The notes beneath the pieces are model-generated. The model had not been told where the DNA came from. It did no database searches and was given only the letters and a program-made list of their open reading frames with translations. This document shows, piece by piece, positions 45,146 to 55,792 of a DNA stretch of 64,000 bases. The position numbers and the translations under genes are program-made. Positions within the stretch are counted from its first letter, which is position 1, and every line of letters begins with the position of its first letter. This DNA comes from an uncultured Actinomycetota bacterium (GTDB taxonomy: Bacteria; Actinomycetota; Actinomycetes; JAHEKZ01). The stretch lies in NCBI GenBank assembly GCA_963743915.1, contig CAVURN010000001.1, positions 672,001 to 736,000 of the forward strand. Reading direction: 5' to 3'.

Positions 45146-45254
45146 GGGGCCGTTCGGTGCGGCCGTTCCTGCCACAGGGGGCACTCGCACCGCACGCACC
45201 CCCCGCACATCCGTCCACCCCTCGGCTGACCTGTGGCAGCTGCCAGGAGACCTG

Positions 45255-45614
45255 ATGCACACGCTCGACTCGCTCGACGCTGCCTCGCTCAAGAGTGACA
45301 TCCCCGACTTCCGTCCCGGTGACACGCTGAAGGTCCACGTGCGTGTCATCGAGGGCAACAAGAGCCGGGTGCAGATCTTCCAGGGTGTGGTCATCCGGCG
45401 CTCCGGTGGCGGGGTCCGCGAGACGTTCACCGTCCGCAAGGTCAGCTACGGCGTCGGCGTCGAGCGCACCTTCCCGGTGCACTCACCGGTGATCGAGCAG
45501 ATCGAGGTCATCACGCGCGGTGCGGTCCGGCGCGCCAAGCTGTACTACCTGCGCGACCGCCGCGGCAAGGCCGCGAAGATCAAGGAGCGCCGCGAGACCT
45601 CGGCCGCTCAGTGA
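45255..45614 (+). CDS. rplS: 50S ribosomal protein L19
   Basis: [30 protein letters not shown]. Confidence 0.97.
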   Translation: MHTLDSLDAASLKSDIPDFRPGDTLKVHVRVIEGNKSRVQIFQGVVIRRSGGGVRETFTVRKVSYGVGVERTFPVHSPVIEQIEVITRGAVRRAKLYYLRDRRGKAAKIKERRETSAAQ

Positions 45615-46472
45615 GTGATGCCGGATCGGTCGCTGACGAGACGCGACCTCGGCACCGTGCACCCGAGGAACCCAGGGCCCCGCGTGCCGGCCGGTTCTTC
45701 CAGCGAGGCAAGTCGCCCGACGACGTTCCTGCTCGCCCGGCGTCGGACCTCTCCCAAGAAGCGCACCTCGTTCTGGCGCGAGCTGCCCATCCTGCTGGTC
45801 ATCGCCCTCGGTCTCGCCCTCGTCCTGAAGACCTTCTTCATCCAGGCCTTCTACATCCCCTCGGGGTCGATGGAGGACACCCTCCAGATCGGCGACCGCG
45901 TGATGGTGAACAAGCTCGCCTACACGCTCGGAGACATCGAGCGCGGCGACGTCATCGTCTTCAACGGCGTCGACTCCTGGTCGCCGGAGATCCAGGTGGC
46001 CGACACGGGCAACCCGCTGACGCAGGCGCTGCGCAGTGTCGCAGGCGCCTTCGGCTTCGCCTCTCCCAACGAGAAGGACTACATCAAGCGGGTCATCGGA
46101 CTTCCGGGTGACCACGTGGTGTGCTGCGACAGCAAGGGTCGCGTGACGGTCAACGGGATCCCGCTGGACGAGCCGTACCTGTTCCCCAAGGACAAGCCCT
46201 CGGCGAGCGAGTTCGACGTGGTCGTCCCGGCGGACCGCCTCTGGGTGATGGGGGACCACCGCGCAGCATCGTCGGACTCCCGCGCCCACACCGGCGACCC
46301 CGGCGGGGGAGCGATCCCCATCGACAGCGTCGTCGGACGAGCCTTCGTGATCATCTGGCCGTTCAGCGACACCGGATGGCTGGCGCGCCCGGACACCATC
46401 GACAACGACGCGATCGACGCGGCACAGCAGACCGAGGCCGAGAAGCGCGAGCAGGGCGGCTCGCGCAAGTAG
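45611..46472 (+). CDS. lepB: Signal peptidase I (copy 1); start uncertain, possible +1 indel at ~45745
   Basis: [27 protein letters not shown]. Confidence 0.93.
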
Positions 46473-46542
46473 GTCCCCCACCCGCCTCGCCACGCGGCTC
46501 GCGTGACGGAGTGCACGCCTGCGGCCTCGTAGGGTGACGACC

Positions 46543-47211
46543 ATGTCGCAGTCCGCACGCCGGATCCCCTGGATCGTCGAGCTCGTCCTTGTCGTGGTGG
46601 TCGCCCTGCTCGTGGCCGCCTTCGTGCGGGCGTTCGTGGCTCAGGCGTTCTACATCCCCTCCGGGTCCATGGAGGACACCCTGCAGAAGGACGACTGGAT
46701 CGTCGTCAGCAAGGTGGGTCGGTACATCGGGTCTCCCCAGCGGGGCGACATCGTGGTGTTCCGCGACCCGGGTGGGTGGCTGCCAACGGTCGAGAGCTCG
46801 GTCGGCACCGTGCGACGGGTCATGGAGTTCGTCGGTGTCGCCCCGGACAGCGCCGAGGGGGACCTCGTCAAGCGCGTCATCGGGGTCGGCGGGGACACGG
46901 TGTCGTGCTGTGACTCGCAGGGACGCTTGACGGTCAACGACGTGGCCATCGACGAGCCCTACCTGTATCCCGGCGACGAGCCGGGCGACGCGCCCCCCGG
47001 ATGTCCCGATTCCTTCGAGGTCACGGTGCCGTCCGACTACCTGTGGGTCATGGGGGACCACCGGTCGGTCTCGGAGGACTCGCGCTGCCAACGCGGCCTC
47101 AAGCGGTTCGTCCCCGAGGACAACCTGCAGGGCCGTGCCGTGGTCGTGGTGTGGCCGCTCAGCCGCGTCGGTGTCCTCTCCCGGCCCGACGTCTTTGACG
47201 CCGTCCCCTGA
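46543..47211 (+). CDS. lepB: Signal peptidase I (copy 2)
   Basis: [29 protein letters not shown]. Confidence 0.93.
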   Translation: MSQSARRIPWIVELVLVVVVALLVAAFVRAFVAQAFYIPSGSMEDTLQKDDWIVVSKVGRYIGSPQRGDIVVFRDPGGWLPTVESSVGTVRRVMEFVGVAPDSAEGDLVKRVIGVGGDTVSCCDSQGRLTVNDVAIDEPYLYPGDEPGDAPPGCPDSFEVTVPSDYLWVMGDHRSVSEDSRCQRGLKRFVPEDNLQGRAVVVVWPLSRVGVLSRPDVFDAVP

Positions 47212-47234
47212 CATCGCCTGGTTAGGGTGGTCCC

Positions 47235-47726
47235 GTGTCACCGGTGAGACGTTCCTCCGCGCGCGTCGTCCTGGTCGACGCCGACGACCGGGTCCTGCTG
47301 CTGCGCGGCGGTGACCCGGCCCGCCCGGGGCCCGCGGTGTGGCACACGCCGGGGGGTGGGATCGATCCAGGAGAGGCGCCCGAGGCCGCGGCGCGCCGCG
47401 AGCTCGCCGAGGAGGTCGGCCTCCGCCTGGAGGCGGTCGGTCCCCTGGTGTGGACCCGTCGCTTCGAGTTCCTCTTCGACGGCGTGCAGTACGACCAGGA
47501 CGAGGTCTTCTACTTCGTGCGGGTGGAGGGGCACGACGTCGACGAGTCCGGGCACACCCCGCTCGAGCGTCGCTACCTCTCCGGGCACCGGTGGTTCACG
47601 GTCGACGAGCTGAACACCCTCGACGAGCTGGTCGCCCCGCCGGACCTGGCTGATCGGCTGCGTGAGCTCCTGGAGCAGGGGCCGCCGGCCTCGCCGGTGG
47701 CGGTCGGACCAGCGGTCTTCCCATGA
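47235..47726 (+). CDS. NUDIX hydrolase
   Basis: [24 protein letters not shown] Nudix box. Confidence 0.9.
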   Translation: MSPVRRSSARVVLVDADDRVLLLRGGDPARPGPAVWHTPGGGIDPGEAPEAAARRELAEEVGLRLEAVGPLVWTRRFEFLFDGVQYDQDEVFYFVRVEGHDVDESGHTPLERRYLSGHRWFTVDELNTLDELVAPPDLADRLRELLEQGPPASPVAVGPAVFP

Positions 47727-48490
47727 CGGCGCCATCGGTCACGCCGGTGGCCGCAGCTCCTCGTACGCGGCCCAGTCTCCGGCGCGAGAAGGCGTTGCTG
47801 CGCGAGGCGGGCCTGCTGCTCGCCGGCTGCGACGAGGTCGGACGCGGCGCGCTGGCCGGACCCGTCACCGTCGGCGTGGTGGTGGTGGACGCCGACGTGC
47901 GTCGCATGCCGGCGGGTCTGAACGACAGCAAGCTGCTGTCACCGGCCCGCCGCGAGCAGCTGGTCCCCAAGATCCACCGCTGGTGCCGGGCGAGCGCCGT
48001 GGGGCATGCCACGCCGCAGGAGATCGACGCCTTCGGCCTCACCCGGGCTCTGCGTCTGGCGGGGATGCGCGCTCTGGCGGAGCTGCGGACGTCGGACATC
48101 GGTCCCGATGTCCTCCTCCTCGACGGATCGCACGACTGGCTCAGCGCTCGGGAGCCGGCTGACGTCCAGCCCGGTCTGTGGGTGGACGAGGCAACGCCGG
48201 AGCCGCCCTGGCCGGAGGTCGTCACGCCCCCGGTCGTCACGCAGGTGAAGGCCGACCTGACGTGTGCCTCGGTCGCGGCGGCCAGTGTCCTGGCCAAGAC
48301 CACGCGGGACGCGCTGATGCGTGACCTGGCGGCCGCGCACCCGGAGTTCGGCTGGGACGAGAACAAGGGCTACGCCTCCGACCAGCATCGGGCAGCGCTG
48401 CGGCGGCACGGCCCGTGCACCCACCACCGGCGCACCTGGCGGCTGACGGAGCCGGTCGCGGAAGGCGAGGGGCGGACCGGTGAGCACTGA
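47723..48490 (+). CDS. rnhB: Ribonuclease HII
   Basis: [31 protein letters not shown]. Confidence 0.95.
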   Translation: MTAPSVTPVAAAPRTRPSLRREKALLREAGLLLAGCDEVGRGALAGPVTVGVVVVDADVRRMPAGLNDSKLLSPARREQLVPKIHRWCRASAVGHATPQEIDAFGLTRALRLAGMRALAELRTSDIGPDVLLLDGSHDWLSAREPADVQPGLWVDEATPEPPWPEVVTPPVVTQVKADLTCASVAAASVLAKTTRDALMRDLAAAHPEFGWDENKGYASDQHRAALRRHGPCTHHRRTWRLTEPVAEGEGRTGEH

Positions 48491-48800
48491 GGATCTCGAA
48501 CGGTACGAGGCCGAGCTCGAGCTCGCGCTCTACCGGGAGTACCGCGACGTCGTCTCGTTGTTCCGCTTCGTCGTCGAGACCGACCGACGCTTCTACCTGG
48601 CCAACTCGGTCGACGTCCAGGTGCATCCGGTGACGGGATCGGATGCCTACGTCGAGGTGCACCTGAAGGACGCCTGGGTGTGGGACCTGTACCGCCCTGC
48701 GCGCTTCGTGCGCGAGGTGCGGGTGCTGACCTTCAAGGACGTCAACGTCGAGGAGATCGTCCCGACAGACTTCGACCCAGGGTCGATGCCCACCCCCTGA
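48480..48800 (+). CDS. DUF2469 family protein
   Basis: [37 protein letters not shown]. Confidence 0.9.
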   Translation: MSTEDLERYEAELELALYREYRDVVSLFRFVVETDRRFYLANSVDVQVHPVTGSDAYVEVHLKDAWVWDLYRPARFVREVRVLTFKDVNVEEIVPTDFDPGSMPTP

Positions 48801-48805
48801 CGTCT

Positions 48806-48884
48806 GTCCACACCACGCTCGCATCGCATTTCTCCACACCCACGCGAGCGCGGAGGCGCCTCCGTGGGGACGACGCAGCAGAGT
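48806..48884 (+). promoter_or_regulatory. Candidate yraN-comM-dprA promoter with paired TCCACA boxes
   Basis: TCCACA 48807-48812 and 48833-48838; -10-like CAGAGT 48879-48884; RBS GGAGGTG 48893. Confidence 0.55.
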
Positions 48885-48906
48885 CACCGACCGGAGGTGA
48901 CCTGAC

Positions 48907-49278
48907 ATGCGCGCCAAAGACGTCACAGGTCGGCTGGGCGAAGAGCTGGCCGCCCGCCACCTGATCGGACAGGGTCTCGTCGTGCTCGACCGCAACTGGC
49001 GGTGTGACGTCGGCGAGGTCGACATCGTGGCCCAGGACGGCGACGACCTGGTGATCTGCGAGGTGAAGACGCGACGCAGCCGACGCTTCGGCAGCCCGCT
49101 CGAGGCGATCACCCCGGAGAAGGCAGCCCGGCTCCGCCGTCTCGCGGCCTGTTGGGTGCAGGCGCACGACGTGCGACCCACGCACATCAGGATCGACCTG
49201 GTGGGGATCGTGCTCGGTGCGCTGAGCAACCCACCGGAGGCCGCCGAGGTCGAGCACGTGCGCGGAGCGATCGGTTGA
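48907..49278 (+). CDS. YraN family (UPF0102) nuclease-fold protein
   Basis: [26 protein letters not shown]. Confidence 0.92.
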   Translation: MRAKDVTGRLGEELAARHLIGQGLVVLDRNWRCDVGEVDIVAQDGDDLVICEVKTRRSRRFGSPLEAITPEKAARLRRLAACWVQAHDVRPTHIRIDLVGIVLGALSNPPEAAEVEHVRGAIG

Positions 49279-50813
49279 GCACCGCCACCGCTCATGCTGT
49301 GACGCTCACCGGCGTGCACGGTCAGATGGTCAGGGTCGAGATCGATGCCAGCCCCGGAGTTCCCGGCATGGCGGTGGTCGGGTTGCCGGACACCGCGGTG
49401 CGCGAGGCACGCGACCGGGTCCGAGCGGCGATCGGCAACAGCGGAGCGGCCTGGAAGGCGTGCAAGGTCACCATCAGCCTCTCGCCGGCGTCGGTGCGCA
49501 AGCGCGGCAGCGGGTTCGACCTGGCGCTCGCCTGCGGCTGCCTGGCGGCTTTCGGATCCCTTCCCCCGGAGGCGCTCGACCAGTGGGTGCTGCTCGCCGA
49601 GCTGGGCCTCGACGGTGTCGCCCGGCCGGTGCGAGGAATGCTGCCGATGGCGCTTGCGGCAGTCTCGGCCGGACACCGTCGCCTGCTGGTGGCCGAGGGC
49701 AACGGCGGTGAGGCGGCGCTCGTCCCCGGCGCTGAGGTGGCTGTGGTGGCCGATCTCCGTGAGGCCGTGGGGTTGCTGCGCGGAGACGCCGCTCCGCGAT
49801 GGGCCGAGGGGCTGTGCCCGGATGTCGTGCCGGACGAGGGTCCCGACCTCGGCGACGTCAACGGCCAGTCGACACCGAGGCTCGCGGTCGAGGTGGCGGC
49901 AGCGGGCGGTCACCACCTGCTGCTGCACGGAGCGCCGGGAGCGGGCAAGAGCCTGCTCGCCGAGCGGCTGCCGGGACTGCTGCCGCCGTTGACCGAGCAT
50001 CAGGTGCTCGAGGTCACCGCGATCCACTCGGTCGCCGGCACTCTGGGTGCCGAGGCACCGCTGGTGGTGCGACCGCCGTTCCAGGCGCCCCACCACACCG
50101 CGACGGCAGCGGCCCTGGTCGGTGGCGGTGCGGGGGTCGCGCGGCCCGGGGCGGTCAGCCTGGCCCACCGCGGTGTGTTGTTCCTGGACGAGACCCCCGA
50201 GTTCGCGCGCTCGGTGCTCGACACGCTGCGCCAGCCGATGGAGCGGGGTGAGGTGGAGCTGGCCCGCGGAGACGCCACGGTCACGTACCCGTCGCGCTTC
50301 CAGCTGGTGATGGCGGCCAATCCGTGCCCCTGCGGCCGCGGTGGTGGCGCCACGGCGCGTGCGCTCGAGTGCGCATGCACCCCGGACCAGCGTCGCCGCT
50401 ACGGAGCCAGGCTGAGTGGTCCGCTTCTGGACCGGGTCGATCTCCAGGTCCCAGTCCTCCCGGTGACCCGGGCGGAGCTGGTCGACGGCCGCGGGGGCGA
50501 GTCCAGCCGGGCCGTGCGTGAGCGGGTGCTGCAGGCGCGCGAACGGGCCGCTCGACGACTGTCCGGGACACCCTGGACCATCAACGCCGAGGTGCCTGGT
50601 CCGGCGCTGCGCTCGACCTTCCGGGTGGCTCCGGAGGCGATGGCCGTCGTGCTCGACGAGGTGGGGCGGGGGCGCCTGTCGGGTCGAGGCGTCGACCGCG
50701 TGCTCCGGGTGGCCTGGACGCTCGCCGATCTCTCCGGTGTCGGGCAGCCGGGGCCGGCGGAGGTCGGTGGCGCCGTCGCCCTCCGGGGAGGTGGCCTGCC
50801 ATGGGCGGCGTGA
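49275..50813 (+). CDS. comM: YifB/ComM Mg-chelatase-like AAA+ ATPase
   Basis: [42 protein letters not shown]; TTG start overlapping the yraN stop. Confidence 0.9.
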   Translation: MSTATAHAVTLTGVHGQMVRVEIDASPGVPGMAVVGLPDTAVREARDRVRAAIGNSGAAWKACKVTISLSPASVRKRGSGFDLALACGCLAAFGSLPPEALDQWVLLAELGLDGVARPVRGMLPMALAAVSAGHRRLLVAEGNGGEAALVPGAEVAVVADLREAVGLLRGDAAPRWAEGLCPDVVPDEGPDLGDVNGQSTPRLAVEVAAAGGHHLLLHGAPGAGKSLLAERLPGLLPPLTEHQVLEVTAIHSVAGTLGAEAPLVVRPPFQAPHHTATAAALVGGGAGVARPGAVSLAHRGVLFLDETPEFARSVLDTLRQPMERGEVELARGDATVTYPSRFQLVMAANPCPCGRGGGATARALECACTPDQRRRYGARLSGPLLDRVDLQVPVLPVTRAELVDGRGGESSRAVRERVLQARERAARRLSGTPWTINAEVPGPALRSTFRVAPEAMAVVLDEVGRGRLSGRGVDRVLRVAWTLADLSGVGQPGPAEVGGAVALRGGGLPWAA

Positions 50814-51955
50814 CGGACGACGGGGCGACGGGCGACGAGGAGCGCGCAGCCCGGATGCGACTGGCGCGGCTGGCCGAGCCCGGCGACGAGCGGCTGGGGG
50901 CAGCCGTCCGCGCCACCTCCGCCCGCGAGGTGCTGGACCGGATCGAGTGCGACGACCGCACGCTGCCGGGCGTGGCCCACTACCGGGCCCGGTTGACCCA
51001 GGACCCCGCGGCCGACCACGACCGACTCGCCGAGATCGGTGGTCGGTTCCTGGTGCCCGGCGACGGCGAGTGGCCGACCCAGCTGATGGCCCTCGAGGCC
51101 GCGGCACCGTGGGGGTTGTTCGTCCTGGGGGCCGACCTCCGCCTCGCCGCGGTGCGCTCGGTCGCCGTGGTCGGTGCCCGGGCCGCCACGCAGTACGGGC
51201 TGCATGTCGCCAGCGAGCTGGCCACCGACCTGGCCCTGCGGGGGTGGACGGTCGTGTCCGGTGGGGCGTACGGGATCGATGCAGCCGCCCACCGCGGCGC
51301 CCTCGCCGCAGGGGGAGCGACCATCGCCGCCCTCGCGTTCGGCGTCGACACCTGCTACCCGCGCGGTCACGCCACGCTCTTCGCGCGCATCCCCGACGAG
51401 GGGGGTGTCCTGGTCTCCGAGCTGCCGCCGGGCACCACACCGACCAAGCCTCGCTTTCTGCAGCGCAACCGGATCATCGCCGCGCTGACGCGCGGCACCG
51501 TCGTCGTCGAGGCCGCTCACCGTTCAGGGGCACTGAGCACCGCGGCCCGCTGCCGACGGCTCGGTCGACCGGTGCTCTCCGTCCCTGGGCCGGTCACGTC
51601 CGCGATGTCCGCGGGCTGTCACCAGCTGCTCCGTGCCGACGAACCGGCCCGCCTGGTGACCGACGCCGCCGAGGTCATCGAGGAGGTCGGTCTGATCGGC
51701 GAGCTCGCCGAGCCGGTCGTGCCGGTGCGACGGCTCCGTGACTCCCTCGACCCGCTCTCACTCCGTGTGCTCGAGGCGTTCCCCGCCGAGAGCCCCCGGG
51801 ATGCGCCTGAGCTGGCGGTCGCAGCGGGCGTCGACCTCGACCGTACCCGCGGGATCCTGCTGCGGCTGGTGGCGGCGGGACTGGTCCGAGAGGATGCCGA
51901 CGGCTTCGTCCGCGTCCCGGGCGCCGCGGACGCGGTGATGCCCACCCGCCCCTGA
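50801..51955 (+). CDS. dprA: DNA-processing protein DprA
   Basis: [36 protein letters not shown]. Confidence 0.94.
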   Translation: MGGVTDDGATGDEERAARMRLARLAEPGDERLGAAVRATSAREVLDRIECDDRTLPGVAHYRARLTQDPAADHDRLAEIGGRFLVPGDGEWPTQLMALEAAAPWGLFVLGADLRLAAVRSVAVVGARAATQYGLHVASELATDLALRGWTVVSGGAYGIDAAAHRGALAAGGATIAALAFGVDTCYPRGHATLFARIPDEGGVLVSELPPGTTPTKPRFLQRNRIIAALTRGTVVVEAAHRSGALSTAARCRRLGRPVLSVPGPVTSAMSAGCHQLLRADEPARLVTDAAEVIEEVGLIGELAEPVVPVRRLRDSLDPLSLRVLEAFPAESPRDAPELAVAAGVDLDRTRGILLRLVAAGLVREDADGFVRVPGAADAVMPTRP

Positions 51956-52019
51956 ACCGGTCGTCCGGCCCCGGCGCGCCAACCTTGCATCCAGCGGCGT
52001 CAGCACGCACGGTGGAGCG

Positions 52020-52994
52020 GTGTCTGCCGTCCCGAGCGCCGTGCCACCCGAGCAGCCGCCGGGCGAGCGCACGAACGCGCTGCCGGAGTCGCTCGCGGAG
52101 GCTCTCGTCGCCTACGAACGTCACCTCCGCTCCGAACGTGGGTTGTCGGAACGGTCGGTGCGGGCCTATCGCACCGACCTGGCCTCGCTGCTGACGCACG
52201 TCCACCGCCGTGGCCGCACTCGCGTCGACCAGCTCGATCTGGCCGACCTGCGCAGCTGGCTGGCCCTGCAGCAGACGTCGGGCAGGGCCCGGACGACAGT
52301 GGCGCGCAAGGCGTCCGCAGCGCGAGGGTTCACCCGTTGGTCGGTACGCGCCGGGTGGGCCACCCAGGACGCGGGTGCGCGCCTGGCGCGCCCACGAGCA
52401 CATCGGACACTGCCGCACGTGCTGGGTGAGTCCCAGGCCTCGGGACTGCTCGCGCAGGCGGCCGCGCGGGTCGAGGTCGATCCCGACCCGGTCGCGGCCC
52501 GTGACGTCGCCATCCTCGAGCTGCTGTACGCGACGGGGATCCGCGTGGGGGAGCTCTGCGGCCTCGACCTCGCCGACCTCGACCCGGACCGGCGCACCGT
52601 CCGGGTCTTCGGCAAGGGGGCCAAGGAGCGCACCGTGCCCTACGGGCTGCCCGCCCAGCAGTCGCTCGACCGGTGGCTGGCGGGCCCTCGCGGGGAGCTC
52701 GTCGGGGCGCGGAGCGGTGCGGCACTGTTCCTCGGGAGGAGGGGGCGTCGCATCGACCCGCGGACGGTTCGTACCCTGGTCCACGAGCACCTGGCAAGGG
52801 TTGAGGACGCACCCGATCTCGGCCCGCACGGTCTGCGGCACACCGCGGCCACGCACCTGCTCGAGGGCGGCGCGGATCTGCGCTCCGTCCAAGAGCTGCT
52901 GGGTCACGCTACGCTCGCGACCACCCAGATCTACACCCACGTCTCCGTCGACCGACTGAAGAGGGCGTATGACCAAGCGCACCCCCGCGCCTGA
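52020..52994 (+). CDS. xerC: Tyrosine recombinase XerC
   Basis: [37 protein letters not shown]; TTGCAT-17-CACGGT promoter. Confidence 0.93.
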   Translation: MSAVPSAVPPEQPPGERTNALPESLAEALVAYERHLRSERGLSERSVRAYRTDLASLLTHVHRRGRTRVDQLDLADLRSWLALQQTSGRARTTVARKASAARGFTRWSVRAGWATQDAGARLARPRAHRTLPHVLGESQASGLLAQAAARVEVDPDPVAARDVAILELLYATGIRVGELCGLDLADLDPDRRTVRVFGKGAKERTVPYGLPAQQSLDRWLAGPRGELVGARSGAALFLGRRGRRIDPRTVRTLVHEHLARVEDAPDLGPHGLRHTAATHLLEGGADLRSVQELLGHATLATTQIYTHVSVDRLKRAYDQAHPRA

Positions 52995-54018
52995 GCCGAA
53001 GGGCTCCACGGCGTCGTCCGGCCGCGCTGCCGCCTCGAGGTCGACCGCCAAGAAGTCCATGGCGCCGCAGGCTGCGGCGAAGAAGTCGGTGGCCAAGAAG
53101 ACCTCCGCGCCCAAGGCGCCCGCGAAGAAGGCGCCGGTGAAGAAGTCCGTGGCGAAGAAGACGGCCGCGAAGAAGACGGCCACCCGGAAGGCCACCAAGG
53201 CGACCGGTCCCGCGTCGACCCCGGTGATCGAGGAGTACGACGAGGCGGCTGCCGCGCAGCAGGCCCTGCAGCAGCTCTGGCGAGACTTCAAGGACACCGG
53301 GGAGCAGAGTCTGCGGGAGCGCCTGATCCTGCACTACTCCCCGCTCGTGAAGTACGTCGCGGGACGGGTCGGTGTCGGCCTTCCCCCCAACATCGAGCAG
53401 GCGGACCTCGTCTCCTACGGGATCTTCGGTCTGATCGACGCGATCGAGAAGTTCGACCTCGAGCGCGCGATCAAGTTCGAGACCTACGCGATCAGCCGCA
53501 TCCGCGGCGCCATCATCGACGAGCTGCGGGCCATCGACTGGATCCCGCGATCGGTCCGGTACAAGGCGCGAGAGGTCGAGAAGGCGTACGCCGCGCTCGA
53601 GGGGAAGCTGCACCGCACCCCGACCGAGCCCGAGGTGGCCGAGGAGCTCGGCATCACGCTCGAGGAGCTGCACCAGATCTTCAGCCGGGTGTCGTTCGTC
53701 AACGTGGTCGCCCTCGACGAGCTGCTGAACGTCGGGGGTGACAAGGGCGACAAGCTGAGCCTGGTCGACACCCTCGAGGACACCAAGGCCGAGGACCCGG
53801 TCGCGGCCTTCGAGTCCGAGGAGACGAAGTACCTGCTGGCCAAGGCGATCAACCAGCTCCCGGAGCGCGAGAAGATCGTCGTCACCCTCTACTACTACGA
53901 GGGACTCACCCTGGCCGAGATCGGGCAGGTGCTCGGCGTCACCGAGAGCCGGATCTGCCAGATGCACACCAAGGCGGTCCTGCAGCTCCGGGGCCGGCTC
54001 GCCGACCCGGTCGAGTAG
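52969..54018 (+). CDS. whiG: WhiG/FliA-family sigma factor with Lys-rich N-terminal extension
   Basis: [60 protein letters not shown]. Confidence 0.9.
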   Translation: MTKRTPAPEPKGSTASSGRAAASRSTAKKSMAPQAAAKKSVAKKTSAPKAPAKKAPVKKSVAKKTAAKKTATRKATKATGPASTPVIEEYDEAAAAQQALQQLWRDFKDTGEQSLRERLILHYSPLVKYVAGRVGVGLPPNIEQADLVSYGIFGLIDAIEKFDLERAIKFETYAISRIRGAIIDELRAIDWIPRSVRYKAREVEKAYAALEGKLHRTPTEPEVAEELGITLEELHQIFSRVSFVNVVALDELLNVGGDKGDKLSLVDTLEDTKAEDPVAAFESEETKYLLAKAINQLPEREKIVVTLYYYEGLTLAEIGQVLGVTESRICQMHTKAVLQLRGRLADPVE

Positions 54019-54025
54019 CCGGCCT

Positions 54026-54511
54026 TCACGGGTCGGGCAGCAGCACGACCGAGCGCGACCGCAGCAGCGAGAGCGGGTCGAGGTAGCCGCCGTCGTCACG
54101 GGCTCCCCAGTGCAGGCAGCCGTCGGTACAGTGCGGGGGAGCCGAGACCACCCCGATGACCTGTCCGCCCGACACCCGCTCGCCGACCGCGACCTGGGGG
54201 TGGACGGGCAGGTAGGTGGTCCGCAGTTGGTCCCGGTGGAGCACGACCACGACCGGACGTCCGGCGACGGCGCCGGCCACGGTGACGCGGCCGGGCAGCG
54301 TTGCGCGGACCCTCTCGCCGGGCTCGGCGTCGAGGTCGACGCCTCGGTGCCCGGGGCCGTACCACGTCGTGGTCTCGTAGGGTCGGACGACCGAGGCCGG
54401 GGTGACCGGCCACTGGGCCAGGCCCAGGTCGGGCGGGCCGCTGGTGGGGGGCGCGGTCACGGCCGAGGTGAGGGCCGCCGCCACCGAGAGTGTCGCCGTG
54501 ATGAGGTCCAT
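54026..54511 (-). CDS. Secreted M23 family peptidase
   Basis: Signal-like N-terminus; GHRGVDL (HxxxD), CLHWG; divergent from rpsB. Confidence 0.88.
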   Translation of the reverse strand: MDLITATLSVAAALTSAVTAPPTSGPPDLGLAQWPVTPASVVRPYETTTWYGPGHRGVDLDAEPGERVRATLPGRVTVAGAVAGRPVVVVLHRDQLRTTYLPVHPQVAVGERVSGGQVIGVVSAPPHCTDGCLHWGARDDGGYLDPLSLLRSRSVVLLPDP

Positions 54512-54517
54512 GGCGAC

Positions 54518-54595
54518 AGGCTGCGGCACCGGGCGACCTCGGGCAGTCCCGACAGCAGATCCTGGGGACCACCGGGCCGCGAGCCGGGTGTGGAC
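54518..54595 (-). promoter_or_regulatory. Candidate M23 promoter with paired TCC(A/C)CA boxes
   Basis: Minus-strand TCCACA 54594-54589, TCCCCA 54568-54563; -10-like CAGCCT 6 nt before ATG. Confidence 0.55.
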
Positions 54596-54832
54596 GACCG
54601 GTGTCCGATTTGGGGCGCCGTCGCACACCCCCGTACACTGCCCGCAGCACCCTTCGGGGTGACTTCGCATGTCCTTCCCGCCCGGGTTCCGCCCGGGGGT
54701 TGGCCACTCGGTCCGGTTCAGGGCTCGTCCCGGTCCCGGCAGGCCGCGACGGACATCAGGGCCCAGCGGCACCCGCTGCCGGGCGACAACCGAGGACCGT
54801 GCCTCGTGGCGCGGGTGAGGAGAACTTCGGCC

Positions 54833-55766
54833 ATGGCCGTCGTCACCATGAAGCAGCTGCTCGAGAGCGGCGTCCACTTCGGGCACCAGACCCGTCGCTG
54901 GAACCCGAAGATGAAGCGTTTCATCTTCACCGAGCGCAACGGCATCTACATCATCGACCTGCAGCAGTCCCTGGCGTTCATCGACCGGGCCTACGAGTTC
55001 ATCAAGGAGACCGTCGCGCACGGCGGCAGCGTGATGTTCGTCGGCACCAAGAAGCAGGGCCAGGAGGCGATCGCCGAGCAGGCCACTCGCGTGGGCATGC
55101 CCTACGTCAACCAGCGGTGGCTCGGCGGCATGCTGACCAACTTCCAGACCGTCCACAAGCGGCTCCAGCGTCTCAAGGAGCTCGAGGAGATCAACTTCGA
55201 CGACGTCGCCGCCTCGGGCGGGACCAAGAAGGAGCTGCTCGTCCTCCGGCGGGAGAAGGACAAGCTCGAGCGCACGCTCGGCGGCATCCGCGACATGGCC
55301 AAGGTTCCCAGCGCTCTGTGGATCGTCGACACCAACAAGGAGTCGATCGCGGTCGACGAGGCCAAGAAGCTCGGCATCCCGGTCGTCGCGATCCTGGACA
55401 GCAACTGCGACCCCGACGACGTCGACTTCCCGATCCCGGGCAACGACGACGCGATCCGTTCCGTTGCCCTGCTCACCAGGGTGATCGCCGACGCCGTCGC
55501 CGACGGCCTGGTCGCGCGGGCCGGCGCCGCCGCCGGTGACAGCAAGCCCGAGGCCGCCGAGCCCGGTGCTGCCGAGCCGCTGGCGGAGTGGGAGCGTGAG
55601 CTGCTCTCCGGCGACGCCGCTGCCGAGACCGCACCGGCCGAGACCGCTGCCGAGACCGCACCGGCCGAGACCGCTGCCGAGCCGCCCGGCGGACCGCTGC
55701 CGAGCCGCTCCGGCGGACACCGCTGCTGGGGCCGCTCCGGAGACCACGACCGGCGATCCTGCCTGA
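54833..55766 (+). CDS. rpsB: 30S ribosomal protein S2 (tail disrupted by indels; as sequenced reads into tsf)
   Basis: [35 protein letters not shown]; tail resumes in another frame ending TGA 55764-55766. Confidence 0.93.
55617..55681 (+). repeat. 27-bp coding tandem repeat (~2.4 copies, AAETAPAET)
   Basis: ccgctgccgagaccgcaccggccgaga x2 plus a partial copy. Confidence 0.85.
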
Positions 55767-55792
55767 CCGCCCTTCCCCCCGAGAGGATCACC

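Noticed and set aside
52020-52994. Tyrosine recombinase as a prophage or island integrase
   Set aside because: XerC-type sequence in its usual position after dprA; no att repeats or cargo genes
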